From the NCBI RefSeq assembly GCF_009914755.1, contig NC_060926.1: a stretch of DNA of 64,000 nt, one strand, 5' to 3'. The notes under the pieces were generated by a model, which was not told the origin of the DNA, ran no database searches, and saw only the letters and a program-made list of their open reading frames with translations. The position numbers were made by a program, and so were the translations under genes. The stretch comes from the human T2T-CHM13v2.0 reference genome, Homo sapiens. Within the stretch, counting starts at the first letter, position 1. The number at the start of each line of letters is the position of its first letter. Shown here piece after piece: positions 28,062 through 41,962 of this stretch.

Positions 28062-28760
28062 TTTTTTAATAAAATATTTTGAAATAATTTTAGATTTACA
28101 AAAACTTTACAAAAATAGAACAAAGTATTCACATATACCGCTCATCTAGTTTCTCCTAATGTTAACAGTTTATATAACCACAATACAAATATTACAATAT
28201 AAGGCAATTAACATTGGTTCAATATCATTAACTACAGAAAGTATTAGCATTTCACTAGTTTTACACTGTAATGTCATTTTTCTAGTCTAATGTCCAGTCC
28301 AAAGTCCTGCATTGCATTCAGGTGTGTCCCTTTAGTCTCCTTCAGTCTGTGTTGTTCTTCAGCTTTCCTTTGTCTTTCATAACTTTGATGTTTCTGTATT
28401 ACTTATTTTGTAGAATAATGTGGGATTATTATTCAATTTAGCGTTGTCTGATATCTTCTTACGGTTAAACTGATGTTAGCATTTTTGGTAGGAATATCAC
28501 AGAAGTGATATTATATCCTCCTCAGTAAATAAATTTAGGGACTATATGATGTCAATACGCCATATTACCAGTGATGTTAACGATAAACATTTAATTAGGA
28601 TGATGTCTGCCAGATTCCCCCCTTGTAAGGCATGCTGTTTTTCCCTTTGTAACCAATAAATATATATTGAAGGAGATATTTTGAAGCTATGTAAAAAATC
28701 CTATTTTTCTGCAAATTTTTGCCCACTGAATTTAGCATTGATCATGCCTATAATGATTAA
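28062..28760 (-). mobile_element. L1MC4/5-like 3' UTR fragment
   Basis: ATTTTGAAATAATTTTAGATTTACA, TTTTTGGTAGGAATATCACAGAAGTGAT, TTTTGCCCACTGAATTTAGCAT. Confidence 0.72.
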
Positions 28761-29109
28761 AGTTAAAAAAATAGTTAGACAGATACTATTGATATGTATG
28801 TAAACTGATTCCCCCCAAAATTACAATCCCAGTTAAATTTTATATAGAGAGTAGTAGTTGGAAATATACTGCTTTGAAAGAATCATTGCTACCTGAATGT
28901 ACTAAATCTTAAAGTATAATTTTTGTAATTCTTTTATAACTGACTCTGAAATTCCCAGTTTTGTAGCAACTAAAAGTATAGGCAATGGTTGTAAGAAGGA
29001 ATTTTATTTCTGTAAAGTATCGAACATTGTTTTGCATATAACTTTTATTGTTTTTTATAAATAATGTATGTTAGACCTTTTTCTGGCTTCGTAATTTTTT
29101 TATTACTAG

Positions 29110-29425
<316 letters not shown>

Positions 29426-29469
29426 TAGTTTATCTTTTTATTCTTTTGTTTTTATTTTTAATTGATTTT

Positions 29470-32400
29470 ATTTTTTAAAAAAATTTACTTTAGATTCAGG
29501 GGCACATGTGCAGGCTTGTTATATAGGTAAACTCATGTCATGGAGGTTTGTTATACAGATTATTTTATCACCTCGGTACTAAGCCTAGTACCCAATAGTT
29601 ATTTTTTTCCTTATCCTTTCCCTCCTCCCACCTCCCACCTTCCAGTAAGCCCAAGTGTCTCTTTCTTTCTTTGTGTCTATAAGTTCTCATCATTTAGCTA
29701 TCACTTATAAGTGAGAACATGTGGTATTTGGTTTTCTGTTACTGCATTAGTTTGCTAAGAATAATGGCATCCAGCTGTATCCATGTTCCTGCAAAAGGCA
29801 TGATCATGTTCCTTTTTATGGCTATGTAGTATTCCATGGTGTATATGTACCACTTTTTCTTTATTCAGTTTGTCATTGATGGGCATTTATGTTGACTCCA
29901 TGTCTTGGCCATTGTGAATAGTGCTGCGAAAAACATACACATGCGTGTGTCCTTATGGTAGAATGATTTATATTCCTTTGGTTATATACCCAGTAATGGG
30001 ATTGCTAGGTCAAATCACATTTCAGATTTTAGCTTTTTGAGGAATTGCCACACTGCTTTCCCCAATAGTTAAAATCATGTACACTCCCACCAACAACGTA
30101 TGTGTTCCCTTTTCTCCACAATCTTGCCAGCAACTGTTATTTATTTATTTTTCTTTTTAATAACATCCATTCTGAGTGGTCTGAGATGGTATCTCTTTGC
30201 AGTTTTGATTTTCATTAATCTAATGATCAGTGATATTGAGCTTTTTTTCATATGGTTGTTGGCTGCATGTATGTCTTCTTTTGAAAAGTGTCAGTCTGTA
30301 TCCTTTGCCCACTTTTTAATGGAGTTGTTTGGTAATTTTTTTTTGTAAATTTCTTTAAGTTCCTTATAGATTCTAAATATTAGACCTTTGTTGGACACAT
30401 AATTTGCAAATATATTATCTCATTCTGTAGATTGTCTGTTTACTCTGTTAATAGCTTCTTTTGCTTTTCAGAAACTCTTAAGTTTAATTGGATCCCATTA
30501 GTCAATTTTTGCTTTGTTTTGCAATGACTTTTGGTGTCTTTGTCATGAAATCTTTGCCTGTTCCTATGACCAGAATGGTATTGACTAGGTTGTCTTCAAG
30601 GTTTTTGTAGTTTTTGGTTTTACATATAAGTTTTTAATCCATCTTGAGTTGATTTTTGTATATAGTGGAAGAAAGATATCCAAGTTCAACCATCTGAATA
30701 TGGCTAAACAGTTATCCCAGAACCATTTATTTGATAGGGAGTCATTTTCCTATTGCTTGTTTTTGTCAGCTCTTTTGGAGATCAGATGGTTGTAGTTGTA
30801 CAGCTTTATTTCTGGGCTCTCTACTCTGTTCCATTGGTGTATGTGTCTATTTTTGTACCAGAATGGTACTGTTTTGGTTGCTGTAGCCCTGTAATATATT
30901 TTGAAGTCAAGTAACACGAGCTCTCCTGCTTTGTTCTTTTTACTTAGAATTGCCTTGGCTATTCTGGCTCTTTATTACTTCCATATAAATTTTAAAATAG
31001 TTTTCTCAAGTTCTGTGAAGAAAGACATTGGTAGTTTGATAGCAATTGCATTGAATCCATAAATCGCTTTGGGCAGTATGGCCACTGTAATGAGATTGAT
31101 TCTTTCCATCCATGAGTATGGAATGTTTTTCAGTTTGTTTATGTCATCTCTGATTTCTTTGAGCAGTGTTTGTAATTCTCATTGTAGAGATCTTTCACCT
31201 CCCTGGTAGGCTTTTTTCCTAGGCATTTTCTTCACTTTGTAGCAATTGCAAGGTTGTGAATGGGATTGTGTTTCTAATTTGGCTTTCAGGTGTGCTATTT
31301 TTGGAGTATGGGAATGCTAGTGATTTTTATACATTGGTTTTTGTACCCTGAGACTTTGCTGAAGTTGTTTGATTGGCTGAAGAAGCTTTTGGGCTGAGAT
31401 TATAGGATTTCCTAGATATAGAATCGTGACATCTGCAAACAGGAATAGATTGACTTCCTCTCTTCCTATTTGGATGCCCTTTCTTTCTCTTGCCTGATTG
31501 CTCTGGCCAGACCTCCGATACTATGTTGAATAGGAATGATGACAGAGGGCAGTATTCAAGGGAAATGCTTCCAGGTTTTACCCATTCAGTATAATGTTGA
31601 CTCTGGGTCAGCCATAGATTATTTTGAGGTATTTCTTCAATACTTAGTTTATACAGAGTTTTTAACACAAAGGGATGTTGAATATTATCAAAAGATTTTC
31701 TGCATCTATTGAGATAATCGTGTGATTATTGTCCTTAGTTATGTTTATGTGATTAATACATTTATTGATTTGTGTATATTTAACCAACCTTACATTGCGA
31801 GGATGAAGCCTACTTGATTGTAATGGATTAGCTTTTCGATGTGCTGCTGAATTCTGTTTGCAAGTATTTTGTTGAGGATTTTTGCATGAATTTTCATCAA
31901 GGTTATTGGCCTGAAGTTTTTTCTATGTTTGTGTGCCTCTGCCAGGTTTGGATATCTGGATGATGCGTGTCTCAGATAAGTTGGGGAGGAGTCCCTTCTC
32001 CTCAATTTTTTGCAATAATTTTGTTAGAAATGGTACCAGCTTTTCTTTGTATATCTGGTAGAATTTGGTTTTGTATCTGTCTGGTAGTGAACTTTTTTGG
32101 TTGGTAGGCTATTTATTACTGATTCAACTTTGAAGCTCATTATTGGTCTGTTCAGGGAATCAGTTCTTTCTGGTTCAGTCTTGGGAGGATGTATGTTTCC
32201 AGGAATTTATCCATTTCTTCTTGGTTTTCTAGTTTGTGTGCTTAAGTGTGTTTATAGTAGTTTATGATGGTTATTTTTTATTTCTGTGGGATCAGTGGCA
32301 ACATCCCATTTGTCCATTTTAATTGTGTTTATTTTGATCTTCTCTCTTTTCTTTATTAGTCTAGCCAGTTCCCCAGCAGTCTCCAACCTTTTTGGCACCA

Positions 32401-33998
32401 GGGACTGATTTCATAGAAGACAATTTTCCCACAGATGGTGAAGGTGGGGGATGGTTTCAGGATGAAACTGTTCCTCCTCAGATTATGAAGCATTAGTCAG
32501 AGTCTCATAAGGCACATACAACCTAGATCTCCTTCATGAGCAGTTCACAATAGGTTCCCACTCCTATGAGAATCTAATGCCACCACTGATCTGACAGGAG
32601 GAGGAGCTCAGGTAGTAATGCTTGCTTCCCAGCTGCTCACCTCGTGTTGTGCAGCCCAATTCCTAATAGGCCACGGACTGGTACAGGTCTGTGACCTAGG
32701 GGTCAAGGACCCCTGGAGTACCCTCTCTATCTTATTTTTTTTTCCAAAACCAACTAGATTTGTTGGTCTTTTGAATGGTTATTCATATGTTGATTTATTT
32801 CTGTTCAGCTTTGATGTATTGGTATATCTCATCTCCTGCTAACACTGAGGTTGACATGTTCTTTCCTCTCTTACTCTTTCAGTTGTGATGCTGGGTTTTT
32901 AATTTGAGATTTTTCTAACTTTTTAATGTTAGATGTGAATATTCAGTGCTATAAATTTCCCTCTTACCACTGCCTTTACTGTGTCCCAGAGATTCTGGTA
33001 TGTTGTATCTTTGTTCTCATCAGTTTCAAAGAACTTACTGATGTCTGCCTTAATTTCATTATTCACCCGATAGTCATTCAGGGGTGAGTTGTTTAATTTC
33101 TATATAATTGTATCATTTTGAGTGAGCTTTTTAGTCTTGATTTCTATTTTTATTGTGGTGTGGTCTGGGAGTGTTTGGTATGATTTGGACTCTTCTGCAT
33201 TTCTTGAGGATTATTTTATGTCTGATAGTGTGGCCGATTTTAGAGTATGTGCCATATGACAATAAGAAGAATGTATATTTTGTTGATATGGGTGGAGAGT
33301 TCTGTAGATGTTTATCAGATCTGTTTGGTCCAGTGTTGAGTTCAGGCCCTGAACATATTTGTTAATTTTCTGCCTTGATGATCTGTCTAATACTGTCAGT
33401 ACAATGTTGAAGTCTGCCACTATTCTTGTGTTGGAATCCCAGTCTCTTTTTAGGTCTCTAAGAACTTGCTACATGAATCTGGGTATTCCTGTTTTGGGTG
33501 CATATATATTCAGAATAGTTAGGTCTTCTTGTTGAATTGAACCCTTTACCATTATGTAATGCCATTCTCTGTCTTTTTTTATGTTTGTTGATTTAAAGTC
33601 TGTGTTGTCTGAAATTAGGGTTGCAGCCCTTGCTTTTTTCTGATTTCCACTTGCTTGGTAGATTTTCTTCCACCCCTTTATTTTTAGCCTGTGGCTGCCA
33701 TTGCATCTGAAATGGGACTCTTGAAGACAGCATACCACTGGATGTTGCTTTTTTTATCCAGCTTGCCATTCTATACCTTTTAGATGAGGATACTTAGCCC
33801 ATTTACATTCTGGGTTAGTATTCATATGTGTGGATTTAATCCTGTCATTGTGTTGTTAGCTGGTTATTACACAAGCTTGTTTCTGTGGTTGCTTTATAGT
33901 GTCAGTGGTCTTTACGCTTGAGTATTTTTTTTATAATGACTGCTAAATTTCTTTCCTTTCCATATTTGGTGCTACTTTCAACATCTCATGTAAGGCAT
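29470..33998 (-). mobile_element. L1PA13-16-like LINE, 5'-truncated, interrupted by MER1B
   Basis: 3' UTR CACATGTGCAGGCTTGTTATATAGGTAAACTC. ORF2 fragments include the endonuclease motifs VCCLQESH, YIMVKGSIQQEDLTILNIYAP and DFNIVL. Confidence 0.92.
32374..32715. mobile_element. MER1B hAT-Charlie MITE inserted in L1
   Basis: CAGCAGTCTCCAACCTTTTTGGCACCAGGGAC ... GGACCCCTG, with 8-bp flanks CAGTTCCC/GAGTACCC (6/8). Confidence 0.9.
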
Positions 33999-34069
33999 GA
34001 GAAGGAAACTTTGAGGGTATAAATAAAAACAGAGTTTACATCTTTTAAGTCCTTTTCTTCCTGATGTAA

Positions 34070-34975
34070 GATCCAGCAATCTACAAATTTTAAGTGTACA
34101 ATTTGATGAAATATGTAGAAACACCCATGTAATCCACACCCTTGCTTAGATAGCATTTCATTCCCCATTACCACAAAATGCATCACTGGTATTCCCAATC
34201 AAACCCCTGGCCCCTGATGCTGCCGTTGTTCTGCCTTTCTTTTACAACATATTAGATCTGCCTATTGTAGCAGTTCATAAAAATGGAATCACATAGTGTG
34301 CACTATTTTTGTCGATCTGCTTTTGTTAAGCATAAAACTTTGATATTGATCCATGTTGAATCAAATATCACTAGTTCTCTCTTTATTTTGGAGTATTATT
34401 CCATTTTAATTATTTACCTGAATTTTTAATATCCATTCTCTTGTTGGTGGATGTTTGAGTTGTATCCATTTTAGGACTATGGTGAACAATAGCCTCTATA
34501 ATATTCCTATGTAAGTTTGTTTGTTTGTTTGCTTTTATGGACCTTTTAAAAATTTTTTCTTGGGAGTGCAATTTTTGAATTATATATTAAGTGTATAGTA
34601 ACATGCTGATAGATTGCTAAACAGCTTAACAAAGTATTATTACTATTTTTATATTTCTGCCATTATTGTATCAGAGTTTCATTGCTACACATTTATTGCC
34701 AACATAAGGAAGTGACACTCATTTTAAACTTAGCTTTACTTTTTGGTATGTAATGGCATCACACTGTGGTTTAATTTGCATTTCCTTGACAACAAAGATA
34801 TTATGCATCTTTATGTGCTTCTTAGCTGTTCATATATCTTATTTTGAATTATCTACTTAAGTCTTTGCTCATTTTTATAATTTTTTATTGTTCAGTTGTA
34901 GGAGTACTTTATATATTCTTCGTTAAATTCTTTGTCAGATATATTTTTCTAAAGGCTTTTGCCCAATCAGTGATT
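34070..34975 (-). mobile_element. Old L1 (L1ME/L1MB-like) 3' end
   Basis: TTTTAAGTGTACAATTTGATGA, AAATGGAATCACATAGT, CTGTGGTTTAATTTGCATTTCC. Confidence 0.75.
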
Positions 34976-35204
34976 TATATATGTATGGATTTTATTTTTA
35001 TTTTTTTACTTTATATAGTGTAAAAGTTCACACTTATTCAGAATTGAATAACAGAAGTCTACATGAGCTCTCTGAAGCAAAAATGGTGGGCTTTGAGAAC
35101 TTACCATTAAGAATATAACATGTATTAGAGACTAAGAAAAGAGAAATATTATGGCTTTCAGGAAATAACTATAACAATTGATTTGACAGGATGACAATCC
35201 GTTT

Positions 35205-35454
35205 CCCTGTTTCTGTCACCACATCTTTCTCTGACATTCTTCTTCTGCTTCCTTCTACTTTTAAGGACCATTGTGATTACCTTGCACACGCCCAGATATT
35301 CTAGGATAGCATCCATATCTTAAGGTGAGAGTTTACTATACCCTTAATTCCACTGGGAATCATAGTTCCCTTTTGCCATGTAACATAACATACTCACAGG
35401 TTCTAGGGATTACAATATGGACATCTTTGGAAGAACTGTTTCTTTGCCCACCAC
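35205..35454 (-). mobile_element. MLT1-type MaLR LTR fragment
   Basis: TTTAAGGACCATTGTGATTAC and CCTTTTGCCATGTAACATAACATACTCACAGGTTCTAGGGATTA. Confidence 0.8.
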
Positions 35455-35899
35455 GAATGAATTTATCTTCTCTAAGAAAAGACTGCTAATAATTGAATGC
35501 CTCCATTTATGTAGTTGATGGTGGCAATAATAACTGTATTAATGGTTTTTGATAATATCTTTAGGAGGAAGAATTTTAAATATAAGAATACAAAATAAGT
35601 TCTGGAAGGATTCTGGTTAACCTTCATGGCATTTTTGAAATGTTATTCCTCAATTAATTATAAAAGTCCAATGAGAATGAGGACCTATTTCAATATTTTG
35701 AGGTAGTTATCATAAATAGATATGAGCTTTCTTTTTTTTCTACTTAATTTTGGCATTGAATGCATTAGAAAGCTCATATATTTGCATGACCCATGGTTCT
35801 ATTTGTGACGAATAAGCAGAATACTGAAAAAATATTGGCATTCAGGTAGAAAAGGTGAATTAGGATAATAATATTTCAAGTCAAGAAAATATGTCATAC

Positions 35900-37430
35900 T
35901 CAAGTAAATATGAGTAATTAAATGTGATTAAGTGTAAGATGTAAATTATGTATCTAGAGAGAAAGCTAGAAAGACAGGAACCCAGTAGGGGTGTTGTTAC
36001 AAACAGGTAGTTTAGACAGTTCCTCTTAAAAGAGTTTCACTTTGTTACAAACAAGGTGTTCTTCTCCAAAAGGTCTTCACTTCCTTGTACTGTCTGTCCT
36101 GAAGTCTTATTTCCCTGTTCTTTGTCTAAAATAATCTTGCCTGACAATCTGTCAGCCCCTCCTTCCCTGCTGTTCTCAGGCATGCCCGCCAAGAAATCAT
36201 CACCTCCCTCCCTCCTGTAGCAGCTTTTCCCCACCAAAACTGATCTTCCCACCTTCCCACCAGTGTAACTGCATTCCTGTACTTTTCAAGTTAGCAAACC
36301 GTGTTCAGCTTAGATTGTGTGGTCCAACCCCAGCCAATGGAGGGAGGACATAGTAACAGGGACAAGCTGTGTTAAGAGATAATAAAAACCCCTGCTCTCC
36401 TTTGTTCTGTATGCTCTCGCCATTGCTCCATCTGTGAGTTGCACCCTTCTATAGAAGTAAAAATTGCCTTGCTGAGAAAATTAAATTTACGTTCCAGTGC
36501 TATTTCTTCTGTGGCACCTAAAATTTATTTATAACAGGCCATGCAAAATTATTGTATTTTTCATCTAAAGTCAATGTGATTCACTGAAGAGTTTTAAACA
36601 GGAGGGTTATTTGATAAGAATTAGTATTTTTGATTGATTTATAATCTCCTTAAATAATATTATCTTTTTTCTCACCCATATGTGTAGTGTAAATGTTGAA
36701 ATGTCATTGGACCCAGACTACATATTTTAAAATGTAGCCAATAGCATCTGTCAATGTATTGTACATAGTATGGGAGAAAAAGAAAGGTCAATGATTTCAT
36801 GGGTTGAATCTGAGTAATTTGAATAATGAAACTAAAATTAACTGAGTTGAGGAAAAGAAAATTCTTATTTAGGAACTAGAATGATCAGAATATTATTCTT
36901 TGTCAGTTTATAATTTAATGCATTGTAGGCAAAAATCTAAATGGAGATAGTAAGCAATACCAAGATGAAAGAATCTGAATTTCAAGAGAAAGGTCTAAGG
37001 TCTGAGCATATATTTGGGAGTCATTAGCATATAAAGATTTTTTAAAACCGTGACATCAGATAAGGTATTTAAGCATATAAGTGCAGAATAGAACAGCTAG
37101 GGCCTGAGGCACTGTAACATTTAAGAGCTTCTCTGAGAGGAAGAAGAACAAACTAAAAAGGATGAGGAGGAGAAGATCCTGATGTAGAAAAAAAACCCTG
37201 AGAATGTGCTGTCTTGAAGCCAAATCAAGAAGGACAACATGATTAAATGCTGCAGATAAGTTAAGTAAAATGAGGCCTCAATTGACCCACAGAACTAGGA
37301 GCATGGATATAATTAATAACTTTTATAATAATTAGTTTAATGAAATGGTATTGATGACAGCCTGTTTAGAGGGGCTCAAGGCTAGGAGACAATGTGATAA
37401 ACTATAGATCACTCTTTCAAGGTGTTTTAT
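35900..37430 (-). mobile_element. Degraded L2 interrupted by LTR10
   Basis: CACTGAAGAGTTTTAAACAGG, TTTGGGAGTCATTAGCATATA, AAATGCTGCAGATAAGTTAAGTAAAATGAGG. Confidence 0.6.
35992..36536 (+). mobile_element. LTR10-family (HERV-I) solo LTR
   Basis: CCAAT box CCAGCCAATGG, then ATAAAAACCCCTGC, CACCCTTCTATAGAAGTAAA and terminal TTTATTTATAACA. The left boundary is uncertain by a few bp. Confidence 0.72.
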
Positions 37431-37438
37431 ATGAAAGT

Positions 37439-38088
37439 TATGGTAGGCAGAATTCTGAGATGACTGATTATTTTGCCTAGGTGGTGTACCCGTTCTGTGT
37501 CATCTCTTCTTGTCGATTGTGGAGGGAAGTGTGAACACGATGGATTTCACTTCTGAAATTAGATTAGATTAGTTTAGATGAAAAAGGTGAAAGGATTTTG
37601 CATATGTAATCATGGTACCAAGTCAACATACTTTGAGTTCATCAAAAAGGAGATTATCCAGGTGGCCCTGGTGTAGTCAAGTTATCTTTAAAATGGATGA
37701 GGCCCCTCCCGAAATCAGAGATTCAAATTGTGAGAAAAATCCTTCTCCTTGCTTTGAAGAAAAAGTAAACTGACATGTAAGGAGAGGGTCTGTGAGAAGT
37801 ACTCTTCTTGGAGGTTAGAGGGACTTCCAACCAGCTAGCAAGAAAATGAGTCCTACAACTACATGGAAAGGAATTCTGACAGGAAGTAGTGAGCTTGAAA
37901 GAGGATCCTGATGAGTCCCTTCCTTATATGAAATCATAGTCTCAACTGACATCTTGATTTTAACCCACAAAGATTCCAAGCAGAGGAACCAGTTAGTTCC
38001 TAACCCATAGACATTGTGAAATAATCAATTTGTTTTGTTTTAAGCCACTAAGTTGGTGGTATTTTTAAGTGTAGTGGACAATTCATAT
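37439..38088 (+). mobile_element. MLT1E-like MaLR LTR
   Basis: TGGTAGGCAGAATTCTGAGATG, TTTGAGTTCATCAAAAAGGAGATTATCC, GTTTTAAGCCACTAAGTT. Confidence 0.82.
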
Positions 38089-38559
38089 AAAAATAATTCA
38101 GAAAAAAGTACCATTAGCTGGAGAAGCTATGGAGGTCACAAGGGTTTTTCTTTTTAATTTGCCAGTATGTTGACAGTAAAATATTATGATGCAGGAAGTA
38201 AATGATTTGATATAATGCACAAATTGATGAGTTGACTTTACATGTACAATTTATAAAATGACAGAAAAGAAGGCAGAATATGTGGGTACAAATAGTAGTA
38301 GGTTATAATGTATGTAACATAATTTATTTAATGACATACCTTTTTCATTTAGATTGTTTCCAAACTCTTGCTCTCCTAAGAATGTTGCAATAATTAACCT
38401 AGGGTATAAATTATTTAACATATATGTGAATATATCTGTAGAGTAATTTACTAGAAGTAGAATCCTGGGTTAAAGGCACATGCCCAGTTTGAAAGCATTT
38501 ACAAGCAAGCTCTTCAGTGGCGTTTGGATTATGCTTCCACACTTTCATATTTTTGCTGA

Positions 38560-38612
38560 TTACATACGTATATACATACACACACACAGACACATATGTA
38601 CATATATGTATG
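38560..38612. repeat. Mixed (TA)n/(CA)n microsatellite
   Basis: TACATACGTATATACATACACACACACAGACACATATGTACATATATG. Confidence 0.8.
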
Positions 38613-39244
38613 TATATACACACCTATACACACTTTAATTGTATTTCTTATTTATGAATTATATTAGGAATAGGAATATTTCATATCATTAAAAGCAGTT
38701 TGAATTTCTTTTTGAAATGAATGTTTATATACATTACCCATTTTGGGGGTAACCTTTTTCTTTATGTATAGGTAGATTAGTCTTCTCTATGATGAGTTAA
38801 GGCATTTTTCCTAGATTATAATTTTTGTATTATTATTACTACTATAATTTGCTATTTTTAAAGTAATCGAATATATTATATTTAATTTTGATATGATTTC
38901 TATATTATGTGTCATAATTTAGAAAGACCTTACTCGGAGATTATAAAAGTAATCCCAATGTTTTCTTCTGGGTTTTAAAAATGTAACCATTTTAATGTAC
39001 ATATCTTTTGTATTTAGAATTCTTCTTGGGATATTGAAAGGAGTATGGATGAAGAGATTTTTACGCAAGTTCCTCAACTTCATTTATTGACAAATCCATC
39101 TTCCAAATCACTGTTTCATTGATGAATATTTCCTTATTTCATTAATTTCTATTTCTATATTTAGTTTTCTCCTCAACTTATCTTTATTTTTCCTACCTTC
39201 TGGAGTATAACATTTAGCTGATTTATTTTAATTTTCCACATTTT

Positions 39245-41407
39245 TAAAAAATTTTACTTTAAGCTCTGGTATACGTGTGCTGAACGTGCAGGTTTGTTAC
39301 ATAGGTATATACATGCCATGTGGTTTGCTGCACCTATGAACCCGTCATCTAGGTTTTAAGCTCGGCATGCATTAGGTATTTGTCCTAATGCTCTCCCTCC
39401 CCTTGCCCCCAAACCCTCCAACAGGACCCTGTGTGTGATGTTCCCCTCCCTGTGTCCACATGTTCCCATTGTTTAACTCTCACTTATAAGTGAGAACATG
39501 CGGTGTTTGGTTTTCTCTTCCTGTGTTAGTTTGTTGAGAATGGTGGCTTTCAGCTTCATCCATGTCCCTGCAAAGGACATTAACTCATTCTTTTTTAGGG
39601 CTGCATAATATTCCATGGTGTATATGTGCCACATTTTCTTTATCTAGTCTATCATTGATGAGAATTTGGGTTAGTTCCAAGCCTTTGCTATTGTAAATAG
39701 TGCTGCAATAAACATATGTGTGCATGTGCCTTTATAGCAGAATGATTTATAATCCTTTGGGTATATTGCCAGTAATGGGATTGCTGGGCCAAATGGTACT
39801 TCTGGTTCTAGATCCTTGAGGAATCACCACACTGTCTTCCACAATGGTTGAACTAATTTACACTCCCACCAACAGTGTAAAAGAATTCCTATTTCTCCAC
39901 AGCCTCACCAGCATCTGTTGTTTTCTGACTTTTTAATAATTGCCATTCTAACTGGCGCAAGATGGTATGTCATTGTGGTTTTGATTTGCATTGCTCTAAT
40001 GACCAGTGATGATGAGCTTTTTTTCATATGTTTGTTGGCCACATAAATATCTTCTTTTGAGAACTGTCTGTTCATATCCTTTGCCTAATTTTTGATGGGA
40101 TTTTTTGTTTTTTTTTTCTCATAAATTTGTTTAAGTACCTTGTAGATTCTATATATTAGATCTTTGTCAGATGGGTAGCTTGGAAAAATTTTCTCCCATT
40201 TTGTAGGTTGCCTGTTCACTCTGATGATGGTTTCCTTTGCTATGCAGAAGCTCTTTAATTTGATTAGATTCCATTTGTTAATTTTGGCTTTTGTCACAAT
40301 TGCTGTTGGTGTTTTAGTCATGAAGTCTTTGCCCATGCCTATGTCCAGAATGGTATTGCCTAGGTTTTCTTCTAGGGTTTTTATGGTTTTGGGTTTTACA
40401 TTTAAGTAATGTCCTCTCTTATTTCCTTGAGCAGTGGTTACTAATCCATCTTGAGTTAATTTTTGTATAAAGTGTAAGGAAGAGGTCCAGTTTCAGTTTT
40501 CTGCATATGGCTAGCCAGTGTTTTCAACACCATTTATTAAATAGGGAATGCTTTCCCCACTTTTTGTTTTTGTCAGGTTTGTCAAAGATCAGATGGTTAT
40601 AGATGTGTGGTCTTATTTCTGATGTTTCTGTTCTCTTCTATTGGTCTATATTTCTGTTTTGGTACCAGTACCATGCTGTTTTGGTTACTGTAGCCATGTA
40701 GTATAGTTTGAAGTCAGGTAGCGTGATGCCTCCAGCTTTGTTCTTTTTGCTTAGGATTGTCTTGGCTCTACGGGCTCTTTTTTTTCCATATGAAATTTAA
40801 AGTAGTTTTTCTAATTCTGCAAAGAAAGTCAATGGTAGCTTGATGGGAATAGCATTGAATCTATAAATTACTTTGGGTGGTATGGACATTTTCATGATAT
40901 AGATTCTTCCAATCCATGAACATGGAATGTTTTTCCATTTGTTTGTGTCCTCTTTTATTTCCTTGAGCAGTGTTTACTAATTATCCTTGAAGAGGTCCTT
41001 TACATCCCTTGTAAGTTGTATTCCTAAGTATTTTATTCTCTTTGTAGCAATTGTGAATGGGAGTTAACTCATGACTGGCTCTCTGTTTGTCTGTTGTTGG
41101 TGTATAGGAATCTTTGTGACTTTTGCCACATTGATTTTGTATCCTAAGACTTTGCTGAAGTTGCTTATCAGCTTAAGGAGTTTTTGGGCTGAGATGATGG
41201 GGTTTTCTAAATATACAATCATGTCATCTGCAAACAGAGACAATTTGACTTTCTCTCTTCCTGTTTGAATATGCTTTATTTCTTTCTCTTGCCTGATTGC
41301 CATGGCCAGAACTTCCAATAGTATGTTGAATAGGAGTGGTGAGAGAGGGCATCCTTGTCTTGTGCTGGTTTTCAAAGGGAACGTGTCCAGCTTTTGCCCA
41401 TTCAGTA
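39245..41407 (-). mobile_element. L1PA7/8-like LINE, 5'-truncated, with 17-bp TSD
   Basis: 3' UTR CCCGTCATCTAGGTTTTAAGC..GCATTAGGTATTTGTCC. RT motifs [14 protein letters not shown] and [32 protein letters not shown] at 39228-39244 and 41408-41424. Confidence 0.95.
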
Positions 41408-41543
41408 TTAATTTTCCACATTTTAAAATAAAATTTCTCTATTACATCTTTGTGTGTATCCCACAAATTTAGATATGTGAAGCCTTTGTTGTCATTTAAT
41501 CATAAATAATTCATATTTTTAACTTTTATTTTCTCTTTAAGAT

Positions 41544-41962
41544 TGTGGTAAAAAGTCTCCAAAATAGCCCCCAAAGATTTCTGCCTCGTGGTATTTATGT
41601 CCTTATAAAAATTTCCCTTCCTGTGAGTGCATGAGGAAGGAGGAAGGTAGCCACTCCCTTCAAACGATTAATCATTGGGAAGCTATAGATGCCACTTCTG
41701 AGATTAGGTTACAAAGAGACTTTACCTTTGTCTTGCTCACTCTGTCTAGCTCTCTTGTTTGTTCATTCTGAGGGAAGCCAGCTGTCATATTGTGAACTTC
41801 CCTATCTACAGAACTACATGGCAGGAAATGATGTTTCTGGCAAATAGTGAGCACCTGAAGATTACCACAGTCACATGAGTGGACTTGAAAGTGAATTTTC
41901 TGAGACCTGGGGATAACTATTTGTGTGAACTTGAAAACAAATTCTCCTCTAGTTGAACCCTT
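41544..41962 (+). mobile_element. MLT1F-like MaLR LTR, partial
   Basis: TGTGGT start, CACTTCTGAGATTAGGTTACAAA, TCTGAGGGAAGCCAGCTGTCAT. Confidence 0.75.

Larger units (their letters stand above)
38330..41540 (-). mobile_element. Highly degraded old L1M hosting the L1PA8 insertion
   Basis: TAGATTGTTTCCAAACTCTTGCT and CAATGTTTTCTTCTGG on the left; TATCCCACAAATTTAGATATGT right of the L1PA8. Confidence 0.5.
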
